Assembly (NCBI GenBank): GCA_004212095.1 | Contig: RXIJ01000051.1 | Span: 1 to 15,645 of the forward strand | Length of the DNA: 15,645 nt | Origin: Methanosarcinales archaeon | GTDB taxonomy: Archaea > Halobacteriota > Methanosarcinia > Methanosarcinales > EX4572-44 | Direction: 5' to 3' | In this document: piece after piece, positions 7,555 through 14,541 of the stretch | Layout: each line of letters begins with the position of its first letter | How positions within the stretch are numbered: the first letter of the stretch is position 1 | Translations under genes and position numbers: made by a program | The notes under the pieces: model-generated | Database searches by the model: none | Told to the model about the DNA's origin: nothing | What the model saw: only the letters and a program-made list of their open reading frames with translations

Positions 7555-7749
7555 ACACAACGTGAGCAGAACTACACAACCTCGTTGTGTAAAAAATAAC
7601 CTAAAACTTTCAATTCTCGATTGCGGGAAGCAATCGAGTTGTGTAGCAATCAAAATTCATCAAGATGTGATTGTCAATCACCCCTCCCTTCGGAAGGGGC
7701 TTGAACTGTGAGGATCAAGAGTAATTGATTGATTAGGAGGCTTAGAAAT
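7555..7749 (+). ncRNA. Candidate IscB-associated omegaRNA (HEARO-type RNA); boundaries approximate
   Basis: This non-coding stretch lies directly 5' of iscB on the same strand, where IscB guide RNAs are encoded. It holds several strong stems. acacaacg 7555-7562 pairs with cgttgtgt 7583-7590. ctacacaa 7572-7579 pairs with ttgtgtag 7639-7646. ctcgattgc 7616-7624 pairs with gcaatcgag 7630-7638 (9 bp, 5-nt loop). A GC-rich hairpin spans 7681-7699 with a UUC(G)-type loop. cttga 7700-7704 pairs with tcaag 7715-7719. The first two stems interleave in pseudoknot topology. More stems continue into 7784-7845, so the RNA could extend towards 7918. Confidence 0.4.
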
Positions 7750-9108
7750 ATGCAGAAGTTATCAGTAGAGTTTAAGAACACACCAGGGAATGCTTCTCAA
7801 GTTCCTTGCTCTGTAAATGAGATATTAACCAGAGAGGACACTCTCAGTGTATCTAGTAAAGTACTGGCTGATAACAACTCCAATGAGAACCTACACTCTG
7901 GTATGAGTGGACAAAACATGAGAGTATTTGTCTTAAACATGCGTGGCAACCCATTAATACCAACAACACCAGGGAAAGCAAGAAAATTATTAGAACAAAA
8001 TAGAGCAAAGGTTGTGCAGCGAACACCTTTTACGATCCAACTATTATATGCAACAGGAGAAACAAAGCAAGATATTACTTTTGGTGTTGATCCAGGCTAT
8101 TCTTATATTGGCTATAGTGTTGTATCTGATACCACAGAACTGATAGCCGGTGAGGTTGAGCTTAGGAATGATATCACGAAATTGCTTGATCAAAGAGCAT
8201 CTTACCGCCGAACGCGCAGAGGTAGACTATGGCATCGAGAACCACGTTTTAACAATCGAGGCAGGGATAATGGATGGTTTGCACCAAGTATTCAGCACAA
8301 GCTTAATAGTCACATTAATTTCATTGACCGGATAAAGAGCATTCTACCAATAACGAAAACAGTTGTTGAGATTGCTTCATTCGATCAACAGAAGATACAA
8401 AATCCAGAGATATCGGGAGTTGAGTATCAACAGGGTGAATTGTTGGGATATGAGATCAGGGAATACCTGCTCGAAAAGTGGAAAAGGACATGTGCTTATT
8501 GTGGTAAAACTGATATACCACTTGAGATTGAGCATATTATCCCGAAATCAAGAGGCGGTTCAAACCGTGTTAGTAACTTAACAATTGCCTGCCATGCCTG
8601 TAATCAAGCCAAAGATAATATGACTGCTGGAGAGTTCGGGCATCCAACTATCCAGACGAAAGCTAAAAAGCCATTAAAATCTGCTGCTTTCATGAACATT
8701 GTTAAAAAAAAATTGGCAAACATCCTGGATTGTGAAGTCACTTATGGTTATATCACGAAACACGACAGGTTTAAATTAGGTCTTACTAAAAGCCATGTCA
8801 ACGATGCATTCGTAATCGCAAGTGGTAATACTCAACATCGATGTGAAACAGATACTGTAACATTAACAAGGCGTAACAACAGAAGCATCCAAACGAACCG
8901 AAAAGGATTTAAACCGTCTATAAGGAGGCATAGGTATAATCTTCAACCAAATGATCTTGTTGAACATGATGGATTATTATATTGGGTTAAAGGTGTCTTC
9001 AATTATGGAAAATGGGTTCGGTTGGTAGATTCAGCAGGGATTATAATCAATTCAAATATTAAAAAAGTAGAGTTGTTAAAATATGGTAAAGGACTACAAT
9101 TTACGTGA
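7750..9108 (+). CDS. iscB: IscB (OMEGA-family RNA-guided nuclease; RuvC with inserted HNH, Cas9 ancestor-like)
   Basis: The domain order is readable in the translation. PLMP domain: MRVFVLNMRGNPLIPTTPGKARKLL, with PLIP at nt 7951-7962. RuvC-I: FGVDPGYSYIG (Asp at 8089-8091). Arg-rich bridge helix: RASYRRTRRGRLWHREPRFNNR. RuvC-II: TVVEIASFD (Glu at 8368-8370). HNH: CAYCG...LEIEHIIPKSRGGSNRVSNLTIACHACNQAK (His at 8533-8535). RuvC-III: SHVNDAFVIA (Asp at 8803-8805). A C-terminal beta-rich domain reads LVEHDGLLYWVKGVFNYGKWVRLVD. The start is uncertain. ATG 7750 has a strong TAGGAGG (7734-7740) 9 nt upstream. The conserved core begins at ATG 7918, and the ORF-track TTG is at 7729. Confidence 0.85.
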   Translation: MQKLSVEFKNTPGNASQVPCSVNEILTREDTLSVSSKVLADNNSNENLHSGMSGQNMRVFVLNMRGNPLIPTTPGKARKLLEQNRAKVVQRTPFTIQLLYATGETKQDITFGVDPGYSYIGYSVVSDTTELIAGEVELRNDITKLLDQRASYRRTRRGRLWHREPRFNNRGRDNGWFAPSIQHKLNSHINFIDRIKSILPITKTVVEIASFDQQKIQNPEISGVEYQQGELLGYEIREYLLEKWKRTCAYCGKTDIPLEIEHIIPKSRGGSNRVSNLTIACHACNQAKDNMTAGEFGHPTIQTKAKKPLKSAAFMNIVKKKLANILDCEVTYGYITKHDRFKLGLTKSHVNDAFVIASGNTQHRCETDTVTLTRRNNRSIQTNRKGFKPSIRRHRYNLQPNDLVEHDGLLYWVKGVFNYGKWVRLVDSAGIIINSNIKKVELLKYGKGLQFT

Positions 9109-9144
9109 ACACAATTTATCCCCTTTCTTTCGGGAGGAGTCTTC

Positions 9145-9160
9145 AAATTAAGATAAAAAA
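9145..9160 (+). promoter_or_regulatory. Possible archaeal TATA-box-like element for argJ (would give a leaderless or very short-leader mRNA)
   Basis: The A/T-rich run aaattaagataaaaaa is centred ~27 nt upstream of the argJ ATG at 9179. There is no GGAGG-type RBS in between. This rests on sequence inspection only. Confidence 0.25.
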
Positions 9161-9178
9161 GAGGTCGAAACAGGTACG

Positions 9179-10348
9179 ATGAAAGAACTTAACAGTGGAA
9201 TCTGCGCCATAGAAGGTATCAGCACGTGGGGTATTAAAGAAGGGAAATATGGACTTGCCATAATACTTGCAGAGGGTTTTGCAGTTGCTGTCTACACACA
9301 GAATAAAGTAATTGCTGCTCCACTGGTTGTTACAAAGAATCATCTTGAAAGTCAGGAAGGGCGCATAAAAGCAATTATTGTAAACAGCGGAAACGCCAAT
9401 GCCTGCACAGGTCAAAAAGGAATTGAAGATGCAGAGGAAATGTGTAAAATCCTCGCACAAAAGCTCAATTGCAAAAAAGAAGAAATCCTTGTTGCATCAA
9501 CAGGCATAATCGGGCGACTTCTCTCAGTTGACAAAATAAAACAGCAAATAGATAAAGTAATGCCAGGAATTGCATCAGGAAGTGTTGCAAGTCAAAAAAC
9601 AGCAGAAGCAATAATAACCACTGACACCACGATCAAGCAGTTCGCAGTAGAAACCGTGGGGAATGTACACGTTGGCGGTATTGCAAAAGGTGCAGGAATG
9701 ATTGCACCAAACATGGCAACAATGCTCGCTTTTATCTGCACGGATGCGTGTCTTCCATACGATGTTCTACAGGACTGCCTGCAGAAATCCGTAGATAAAA
9801 GTTTTAATATGACAATCGTTGATGGGGATACTAGCACAAACGACATGACAATCCTCATAACCACTGGAAAAAGGGAATGCAACGTAACAGAATTCCAGCA
9901 AGCACTGGATACAACCTGCATCAATCTTGCCAGGATGATGGCAAAAGATGGGGAGGGTGCAACAAAACTAATCGAACTTACGGTAACAGGTGCAGAAACG
10001 CCAGATGACGCAAAAAAGATCGCACGAACGATACTTACATCACCACTTGTAAAAACCGCAATCTTCGGGGAAGACCCAAACTGGGGGCGCATCATTGCAG
10101 CAGCAGGTAGAAGTGGTGCAAACATGAACCAAAAAAAAATAACCCTCAAATTCTCAGACAAGAATGATAGTGCAACAACAATAGATAAGGGAAACATCCT
10201 TGAAACCACGAGCAAAATTAAAAAGATAATGAAATCAGACACCATTAATATAGAACTTGACCTTAACATCGGGAAAGCTACAGCAGCGGGTTGGGGATGC
10301 GACCTTACCTACGAATATGTAAAAATAAATGCAAAATACAGAACATAA
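9179..10348 (+). CDS. argJ: Bifunctional ornithine acetyltransferase / N-acetylglutamate synthase ArgJ
   Basis: Hallmark ArgJ blocks are present: NSGNANACTGQKG, VASTGIIG, AIITTDT, GGIAKGAGMIAPNMATMLAFICTDA (self-cleavage site A-TML), VDGDTSTNDM, KDGEGATKLIE, FGEDPNWGRI and WGCDLTYEYVKINAKYRT. Confidence 0.9.
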   Translation: MKELNSGICAIEGISTWGIKEGKYGLAIILAEGFAVAVYTQNKVIAAPLVVTKNHLESQEGRIKAIIVNSGNANACTGQKGIEDAEEMCKILAQKLNCKKEEILVASTGIIGRLLSVDKIKQQIDKVMPGIASGSVASQKTAEAIITTDTTIKQFAVETVGNVHVGGIAKGAGMIAPNMATMLAFICTDACLPYDVLQDCLQKSVDKSFNMTIVDGDTSTNDMTILITTGKRECNVTEFQQALDTTCINLARMMAKDGEGATKLIELTVTGAETPDDAKKIARTILTSPLVKTAIFGEDPNWGRIIAAAGRSGANMNQKKITLKFSDKNDSATTIDKGNILETTSKIKKIMKSDTINIELDLNIGKATAAGWGCDLTYEYVKINAKYRT

Positions 10349-10360
10349 GAACGTCCTTTG

Positions 10361-11248
10361 ATGATGACTGATAAAAATATTGCGATTATAGCTTTCAAAA
10401 GGGATGAGGTGAAAGCAAGACGACTCCAGCGTAATCTTGGTGCAGACCTGTTGTTCTATTGTGAAGGTGTATTTGAAAAAGCACTTTCGTACAGTGCGGT
10501 TGTAGCAATAATGGCTGTGGGAATAGCGGTTAGGTCTGTAGCTCCCTTTTTAAGGGATAAATGGTCTGATACTCCGCTTGTTGTTGTGGATTCGAATCTA
10601 ACTTTTGCAGTATCTCTTGTGGGGGGACATCATGGTGCAAACGAGCTTGCCTTAAAACTTGGAAAACTCGGACTTGTTTCGGTGATTACTACTGCAACCG
10701 ATGCACATCAAAGACCATCGGTCGAGGGAATTACAAAACAGTTGGGGGCAAGGGTTGTTAACAGACAATCAACAAAAAGTGTGAATCTTGCACTTCTTAA
10801 AGATGATGTACCTGTAATTTATCTCAGTGGCCCAAAAGTTGTGCTGGTTGATGACAATGTTTCTGTGGTTGAAAAGAAAGACCTTCGCGGAAAGTTCATC
10901 GTTGGAATCGGTGCACACCGTAATATTAACAGTGATAAAGTGATTACAGCTGTTATGATGGCAATTGAAACTGCAGGTGTTTCCATTGATGATGTTTCTT
11001 TTTTTGCAACTGCTGAGTTAAAAAAAGGTGAACAGGGACTTATTGGTGCAGCAGAGCATTTTGCCAAGCCAATAGTGTACGTGTCGCACGATATTATTAA
11101 CACGATGAACCCGCCTTCTGCATCAAAGGCGTCACGTCTTGGACTGGTTGGTGTGTGTGAACCCGCGGCTCTTGCAGTATCCCACAAAAAAACAATTATT
11201 CTTCCAAAACAAATCTACGGAGATGTGACCATTGCAATCGCAAAATAA
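10361..11248 (+). CDS. cbiG: Cobalt-precorrin-5A hydrolase CbiG
   Basis: The N-terminal block is NIAIIAF. The C-terminal CbiG block is IVGIGAHRN...VITAVMMAIETAGVSIDDVSFFATAELKKGEQGLIGAAEHFAKPIVYVSHD...GLVGVCEPAALAVS. It lies directly upstream of, and overlaps, cbiH. Start candidates are TTG 10358, ATG 10361 and ATG 10364. Confidence 0.8.
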   Translation: MMTDKNIAIIAFKRDEVKARRLQRNLGADLLFYCEGVFEKALSYSAVVAIMAVGIAVRSVAPFLRDKWSDTPLVVVDSNLTFAVSLVGGHHGANELALKLGKLGLVSVITTATDAHQRPSVEGITKQLGARVVNRQSTKSVNLALLKDDVPVIYLSGPKVVLVDDNVSVVEKKDLRGKFIVGIGAHRNINSDKVITAVMMAIETAGVSIDDVSFFATAELKKGEQGLIGAAEHFAKPIVYVSHDIINTMNPPSASKASRLGLVGVCEPAALAVSHKKTIILPKQIYGDVTIAIAK

Positions 11249-12011
11249 TAACAATAGCAACAACAATAAACTGTATGTAGTTGGTATTGGACCCGGTTCT
11301 GTGCAGGATATGACCATTCGTGCACAAAAAGCACTTGAGACCTCTGAATACATACTTGGAAACAGCACGTATCTTGACCAGATAGCTCCACTACTTGACG
11401 GGAAAAAAGTTATTAGAAGTTATATGGGGGATGAGGTGAAACGTGCACAAAAAGCACTCGAACTTGCAGAGAACAGCATCGTATCCATCATCAGTGGTGG
11501 TGATGCCAACATCTACGGTATGGCAGGACTCGTTCTTGAGGTAGCAGAGAAAAAAGAACAAACCAATATTGAAATAATACCAGGTGTTACTGCTATTACT
11601 GCATCAGCAGCATGTCTTGGAGCACCTATCACAGCAGACTTTGCAGTCATAAGTTTGAGTGATCTCCTTACACCATGGGAAATTATTAAAGAGCGGCTGT
11701 ATGCTGCTGCCAGAGCCGACTTTGTGATAGCCCTCTACAATCCCAAAAGCAGGAAGAGAACAGGTCATCTCAAAGAAGCAATTCAAATAATCTCACAGGA
11801 GAAAAAACCGCAAACACCGGTCGGAATAGCTCAAAACATAACAAGAGAAGGTGAACACACAATCGTCACAACACTTGGAGAATTTATGAAATTCTATGAG
11901 GACGTTGATATGCGCACAACAATTCTCATTGGAAACCGGGAAAGTAGAATATGGAATAACGCCGATAGAGTGATAACACCACGTGGATACCATAAAAAAT
12001 ATGACTACTGA
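11232..12011 (+). CDS. cbiH: Cobalt-factor III / precorrin-3B C17-methyltransferase CbiH
   Basis: Tetrapyrrole methylase motifs are present: LYVVGIGPGSVQDMTIRAQKALETSEYILG and IISGGDANIYGMAGLVLE. The only start-type codon upstream of the GIGPG motif is TTG 11232, which overlaps the cbiG 3' end. The resulting N-terminus has a poly-Asn tract (QNNNNSNNN). Confidence 0.85.
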   Translation: MQSQNNNNSNNNKLYVVGIGPGSVQDMTIRAQKALETSEYILGNSTYLDQIAPLLDGKKVIRSYMGDEVKRAQKALELAENSIVSIISGGDANIYGMAGLVLEVAEKKEQTNIEIIPGVTAITASAACLGAPITADFAVISLSDLLTPWEIIKERLYAAARADFVIALYNPKSRKRTGHLKEAIQIISQEKKPQTPVGIAQNITREGEHTIVTTLGEFMKFYEDVDMRTTILIGNRESRIWNNADRVITPRGYHKKYDY

Positions 12012-12615
12012 TATTGGAGCAACAACACAGGAAGCACGCGATATATCAAACAAAAGCCGAGATATCGTATCGCAGATAATTAAAGGGAACACCATTGAAG
12101 ACGGTATAAAAAAACGGTGCATAATTGCAACAGGTGATCCCTCGTTCAAAGATTTGATCGTATTCAAACACAACCCTGTTGAAGAAGGAATTAAAGCAAT
12201 CAAACAATCATGCACTATGTACACAGACATTCACATGGTGCAGATAGGAATATTGAAAAAAGGGCACAACTGTGAAATAGAGTGTGCTCTTGACTATGGG
12301 AAAAACATTGCAGAAGAAAAACAGATCACTCGCACATCAGCAGGATTTCTTGCCCTTGGGGAACGACTCAACCACAGCATAATAATAATCGGAAACGCAC
12401 CATCTGCAGCAATAACAATCAACAATATGATAAAACAGGAGATTATCGAACCCTCTCTTGTAATTGCGACACCAGTAGGATTTGTCAATGCTTCAAACTC
12501 AAAAGAGTATATTCGAAACATGAGCATTCCATCGATTACAAGCATCGGTACACGAGGCGGCACACCAATAGCAGTAGCAATAATAAACGAAATAATTAAC
12601 CGAATACAAATTTAA
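12001..12615 (+). CDS. cbiC: Cobalt-precorrin-8 methylmutase CbiC
   Basis: CbiC/CobH blocks are present: RCIIATGDPSF, MYTDIHMVQIGI, ITRTSAGF, IIIIGNAPSA, VIATPVGFVNASNSKE and GTRGGTPIAVAIINE. ATG 12001 overlaps the cbiH stop (ATGACTACTGA); GTG 11983 is an alternative start. Confidence 0.85.
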   Translation: MTTDIGATTQEARDISNKSRDIVSQIIKGNTIEDGIKKRCIIATGDPSFKDLIVFKHNPVEEGIKAIKQSCTMYTDIHMVQIGILKKGHNCEIECALDYGKNIAEEKQITRTSAGFLALGERLNHSIIIIGNAPSAAITINNMIKQEIIEPSLVIATPVGFVNASNSKEYIRNMSIPSITSIGTRGGTPIAVAIINEIINRIQI

Positions 12616-12627
12616 AATTTCGGTGTC

Positions 12628-13086
12628 TTAATGACCAGGGAAATCTACGACCTCTCTGAGTATAAACTCAATTTCTTTATCTTTGTATCTAAAATTAGCC
12701 ACAACCTTTTTTAGATTATCAGACAATTTATTATATCCCCATAAACACCTTACTTTTGTTTCTTCTGCATCATTTCTGACAGAGTAATAAGGCAGGTTTA
12801 CATGGAAAAATGAGATCGTGTCGGCATCTCTTAAAACATCCACTCTTCTGTTGCCTCCTGTTTCATGACTACTTACAAGAAAAAAAACATCATTGATCAA
12901 TTCCTTTCCTACGTTGCATTCCACCATTATTTCTTTTAATATCTTGGCGCTGTTTAAAGCATGAGCTTTTTTAAAATCATCGTAGCTTATGTAGTCTTTC
13001 CGTATTACTTTTTGTTCTTCGATAGCTCTTTCAATATCATGACCTAAAGCAGCTATTTTCAAAGCGTCATCAGCATTAGGCTCCAA
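12628..13086 (-). CDS. Small HD-domain (metal-dependent phosphohydrolase-like) protein; true N-terminus probably lies upstream of the called start
   Basis: An HD dyad occurs in KIAALGHDIER, with later SSHETGG and LRDADTISF blocks. The ORF-track start is a TTG at 13084-13086. The same frame stays open to 13233 and encodes ...KKKLEEIIDKSLVPEDPIHSKNTLEWLLK, supplying the upstream His of an H...HD...D arrangement. No ATG, GTG or TTG occurs in that stretch. Confidence 0.6.
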   Translation of the reverse strand: MEPNADDALKIAALGHDIERAIEEQKVIRKDYISYDDFKKAHALNSAKILKEIMVECNVGKELINDVFFLVSSHETGGNRRVDVLRDADTISFFHVNLPYYSVRNDAEETKVRCLWGYNKLSDNLKKVVANFRYKDKEIEFILREVVDFPGH

Positions 13087-13180
13087 TTTAAGCAGCCACT
13101 CCAGAGTGTTTTTCGAGTGTATCGGGTCCTCGGGAACAAGAGATTTATCAATAATCTCCTCGAGCTTCTTCTTTACGCAA

Positions 13181-14539
13181 TCAATACTGTCTATTTTTAT
13201 ATAGAACCACCACCCTTCTGATATTTTCTGTATTCATCAAAATAGCGATTAAAAGGATTGTTAAGAATGGAAAGTCTATTATTTCCACATGAAATAAAAA
13301 ACGCATATTCAGTAGTGCAAAAAGAAATATAATAAATATCCTGACATCACGACCCATTCTGAAATAGTGTCCTTTTAAACCGATTTTTTTCTTCATAAAG
13401 CCGTCATATTTGTCAGCGGTATAGCTATTCATGAATGTTCCTATAATTGCCAGAAACCCGACAGCAAGACACAGGATGTTTTCACTTAGAAAATAGACGT
13501 AATACGTCAAACCGAAAAGAAGGAATGCATCTGCATAGCGATCTAAAACAGCATCAAACCATGCTCCAAACTCTGTTTCATTGAATTTCAATCTTGCTAC
13601 TTCGCCGTCACAACCATCGACAATAGATGATACCTGTGCCAGTGTTGCCCCGATAACTAAATTAATCCATCCCCCTAAAAAGAAAAAAAATGCCCCAATA
13701 CAACAGAGGATAAAAGAGAGAAATGATATAACGTTTGGAGTAACACCCGTTTTCACAAGACACTTTGAAATTTTAGTTGATATCGGTCTGTTAAAGTGTC
13801 TTGACACTGGTCCATCGGAAGTCTTTTTTAACGTATCCAAAAGCTTGTTTTCAGCTTTTTTAAATGTTCCCTCATCATCCACATCAATCCAGTAGTCATT
13901 CGTAATATCAAAGGTTTTAGCTTTTCCTCTGTTAGCCAGTACCTTTACTCCTCCGGAAAGAGTGCTATCACCACTACGTGAACTTTCTTCCAAGGCTTCA
14001 AATATTGCAGGCGAACAAAGAAAAATTCCAGTGTCGTAAGCGTTATATTTCTTGATGTTCTTGCCTATGTCTAAAATCCTGTTATCTTCAACAAGGACTT
14101 TGGTAACATCATCAACATCAACAAGCTTGTTTTTAATGTTGTAATCTACAGTTAGTACAACTTCGCCATCTGCTATTTCTTCATCTTTTAGTTTTACCAG
14201 TATTGATTCATCGAAGATGTGATCTCCCATCAGCAAAATAAAATTTTCATTTAATAGTTTTTCTGCCTTAAGGACAGATATGCCGTTCCCATTTTTCCAT
14301 TCTTCGTTTATGATATGGGTTATTTTTATATTTCTGTCTTTTTTAAACTGGTTGAGATGTTGTCTTACTTTTTCGCCATTGTACCCGGTTACCACATAAA
14401 AAGAAGTCAAGCCGCTCTTTTTTGCAGTTAGTATTGCCCGTTCAATAAGGGATAATCCAAGAAGAGAAACGAGAGGTTTTGAATCACCCCTTTTTGATAG
14501 CCTGCTTCCCAGTCCTGCAGCGATGATCAGGCATTTCAT
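13181..14539 (-). CDS. Bifunctional CTP:inositol-1-phosphate cytidylyltransferase / CDP-inositol:inositol-1-phosphate transferase (IPCT/DIPPS-like)
   Basis: The N-terminal sugar-phosphate nucleotidyltransferase fold carries MKCLIIAAGLGSRL...KPL...LLMGDHIFD. The C-terminal membrane domain carries the exact CDP-alcohol phosphatidyltransferase motif D-G-x2-A-R-x8-G-x3-D-x3-D, as DGEVARLKFNETEFGAWFDAVLD (about nt 13529-13621), followed by hydrophobic helices. It lies 2 nt downstream of the MIPS gene. Confidence 0.8.
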   Translation of the reverse strand: MKCLIIAAGLGSRLSKRGDSKPLVSLLGLSLIERAILTAKKSGLTSFYVVTGYNGEKVRQHLNQFKKDRNIKITHIINEEWKNGNGISVLKAEKLLNENFILLMGDHIFDESILVKLKDEEIADGEVVLTVDYNIKNKLVDVDDVTKVLVEDNRILDIGKNIKKYNAYDTGIFLCSPAIFEALEESSRSGDSTLSGGVKVLANRGKAKTFDITNDYWIDVDDEGTFKKAENKLLDTLKKTSDGPVSRHFNRPISTKISKCLVKTGVTPNVISFLSFILCCIGAFFFFLGGWINLVIGATLAQVSSIVDGCDGEVARLKFNETEFGAWFDAVLDRYADAFLLFGLTYYVYFLSENILCLAVGFLAIIGTFMNSYTADKYDGFMKKKIGLKGHYFRMGRDVRIFIIFLFALLNMRFLFHVEIIDFPFLTILLIAILMNTENIRRVVVLYKNRQY

Positions 14540-14541
14540 TA

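Larger units (their letters stand above)
7548..9150 (+). mobile_element. Probable non-autonomous IS200/IS605-lineage IscB element (no TnpA); ends not defined
   Basis: IscB plus its structured upstream RNA region is wedged between a CBS gene and argJ. No Y1 transposase gene is present in the window. Related GC-rich hairpin motifs sit on both flanks (7677-7706 and 9117-9147). The boundaries are guesses. Confidence 0.35.

Noticed and set aside
90-7579. Other antisense or alternate-frame ORFs inside the cas, CBS and iscB genes (for example 409-789 minus, 1839-2120 plus, 2469-2771 minus, 5147-5494 minus, 6983-7348 minus, 7379-7579 minus; also 8150-8335 and 8363-8581 plus)
   Set aside because: All are nested in, or antisense to, genes with clear family motifs. 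They lack RBS signals and have low-complexity translations.
7729-7749. TTG at 7729 as the iscB start, as in the ORF track
   Set aside because: The GGAGG motif at 7736-7740 lies inside this putative coding start and is positioned to serve the ATG at 7750. The TTG itself has no upstream RBS.
6909-9178. Looked for a CRISPR array next to the type III genes, in the intergenic stretches 6909-7058, 7548-7749 and 9109-9178
   Set aside because: No 25-40-nt direct repeat units separated by unique spacers are present. The repeats that do occur are short inverted repeats (hairpins) and the 7-nt acacaac motif, which do not have CRISPR periodicity.
8704-10139. A9 homopolymer runs inside iscB (8704-8712) and argJ (10131-10139) as possible programmed-frameshift or phase-variation sites
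   Set aside because: Both reading frames continue intact through the runs with conserved motifs on either side. Lys/Asn-rich AT-biased coding explains them.
9592-10269. 225-aa ORF on the minus strand (also 9143-9460 minus)
   Set aside because: It is entirely antisense to the strongly supported argJ gene. Its translation is hydrophobic and Ser-rich with low complexity and no recognisable motifs, which is typical of a shadow ORF.
11793-12230. 145-aa minus-strand ORF spanning the cbiH/cbiC junction; also 10819-11187, 11132-11368 and 12294-12563 minus, and 13581-13895 and 14564-14890 plus
   Set aside because: These are shadow ORFs opposite well-supported cbi, IPCT/DIPPS and MIPS genes, and no motifs are recognisable.
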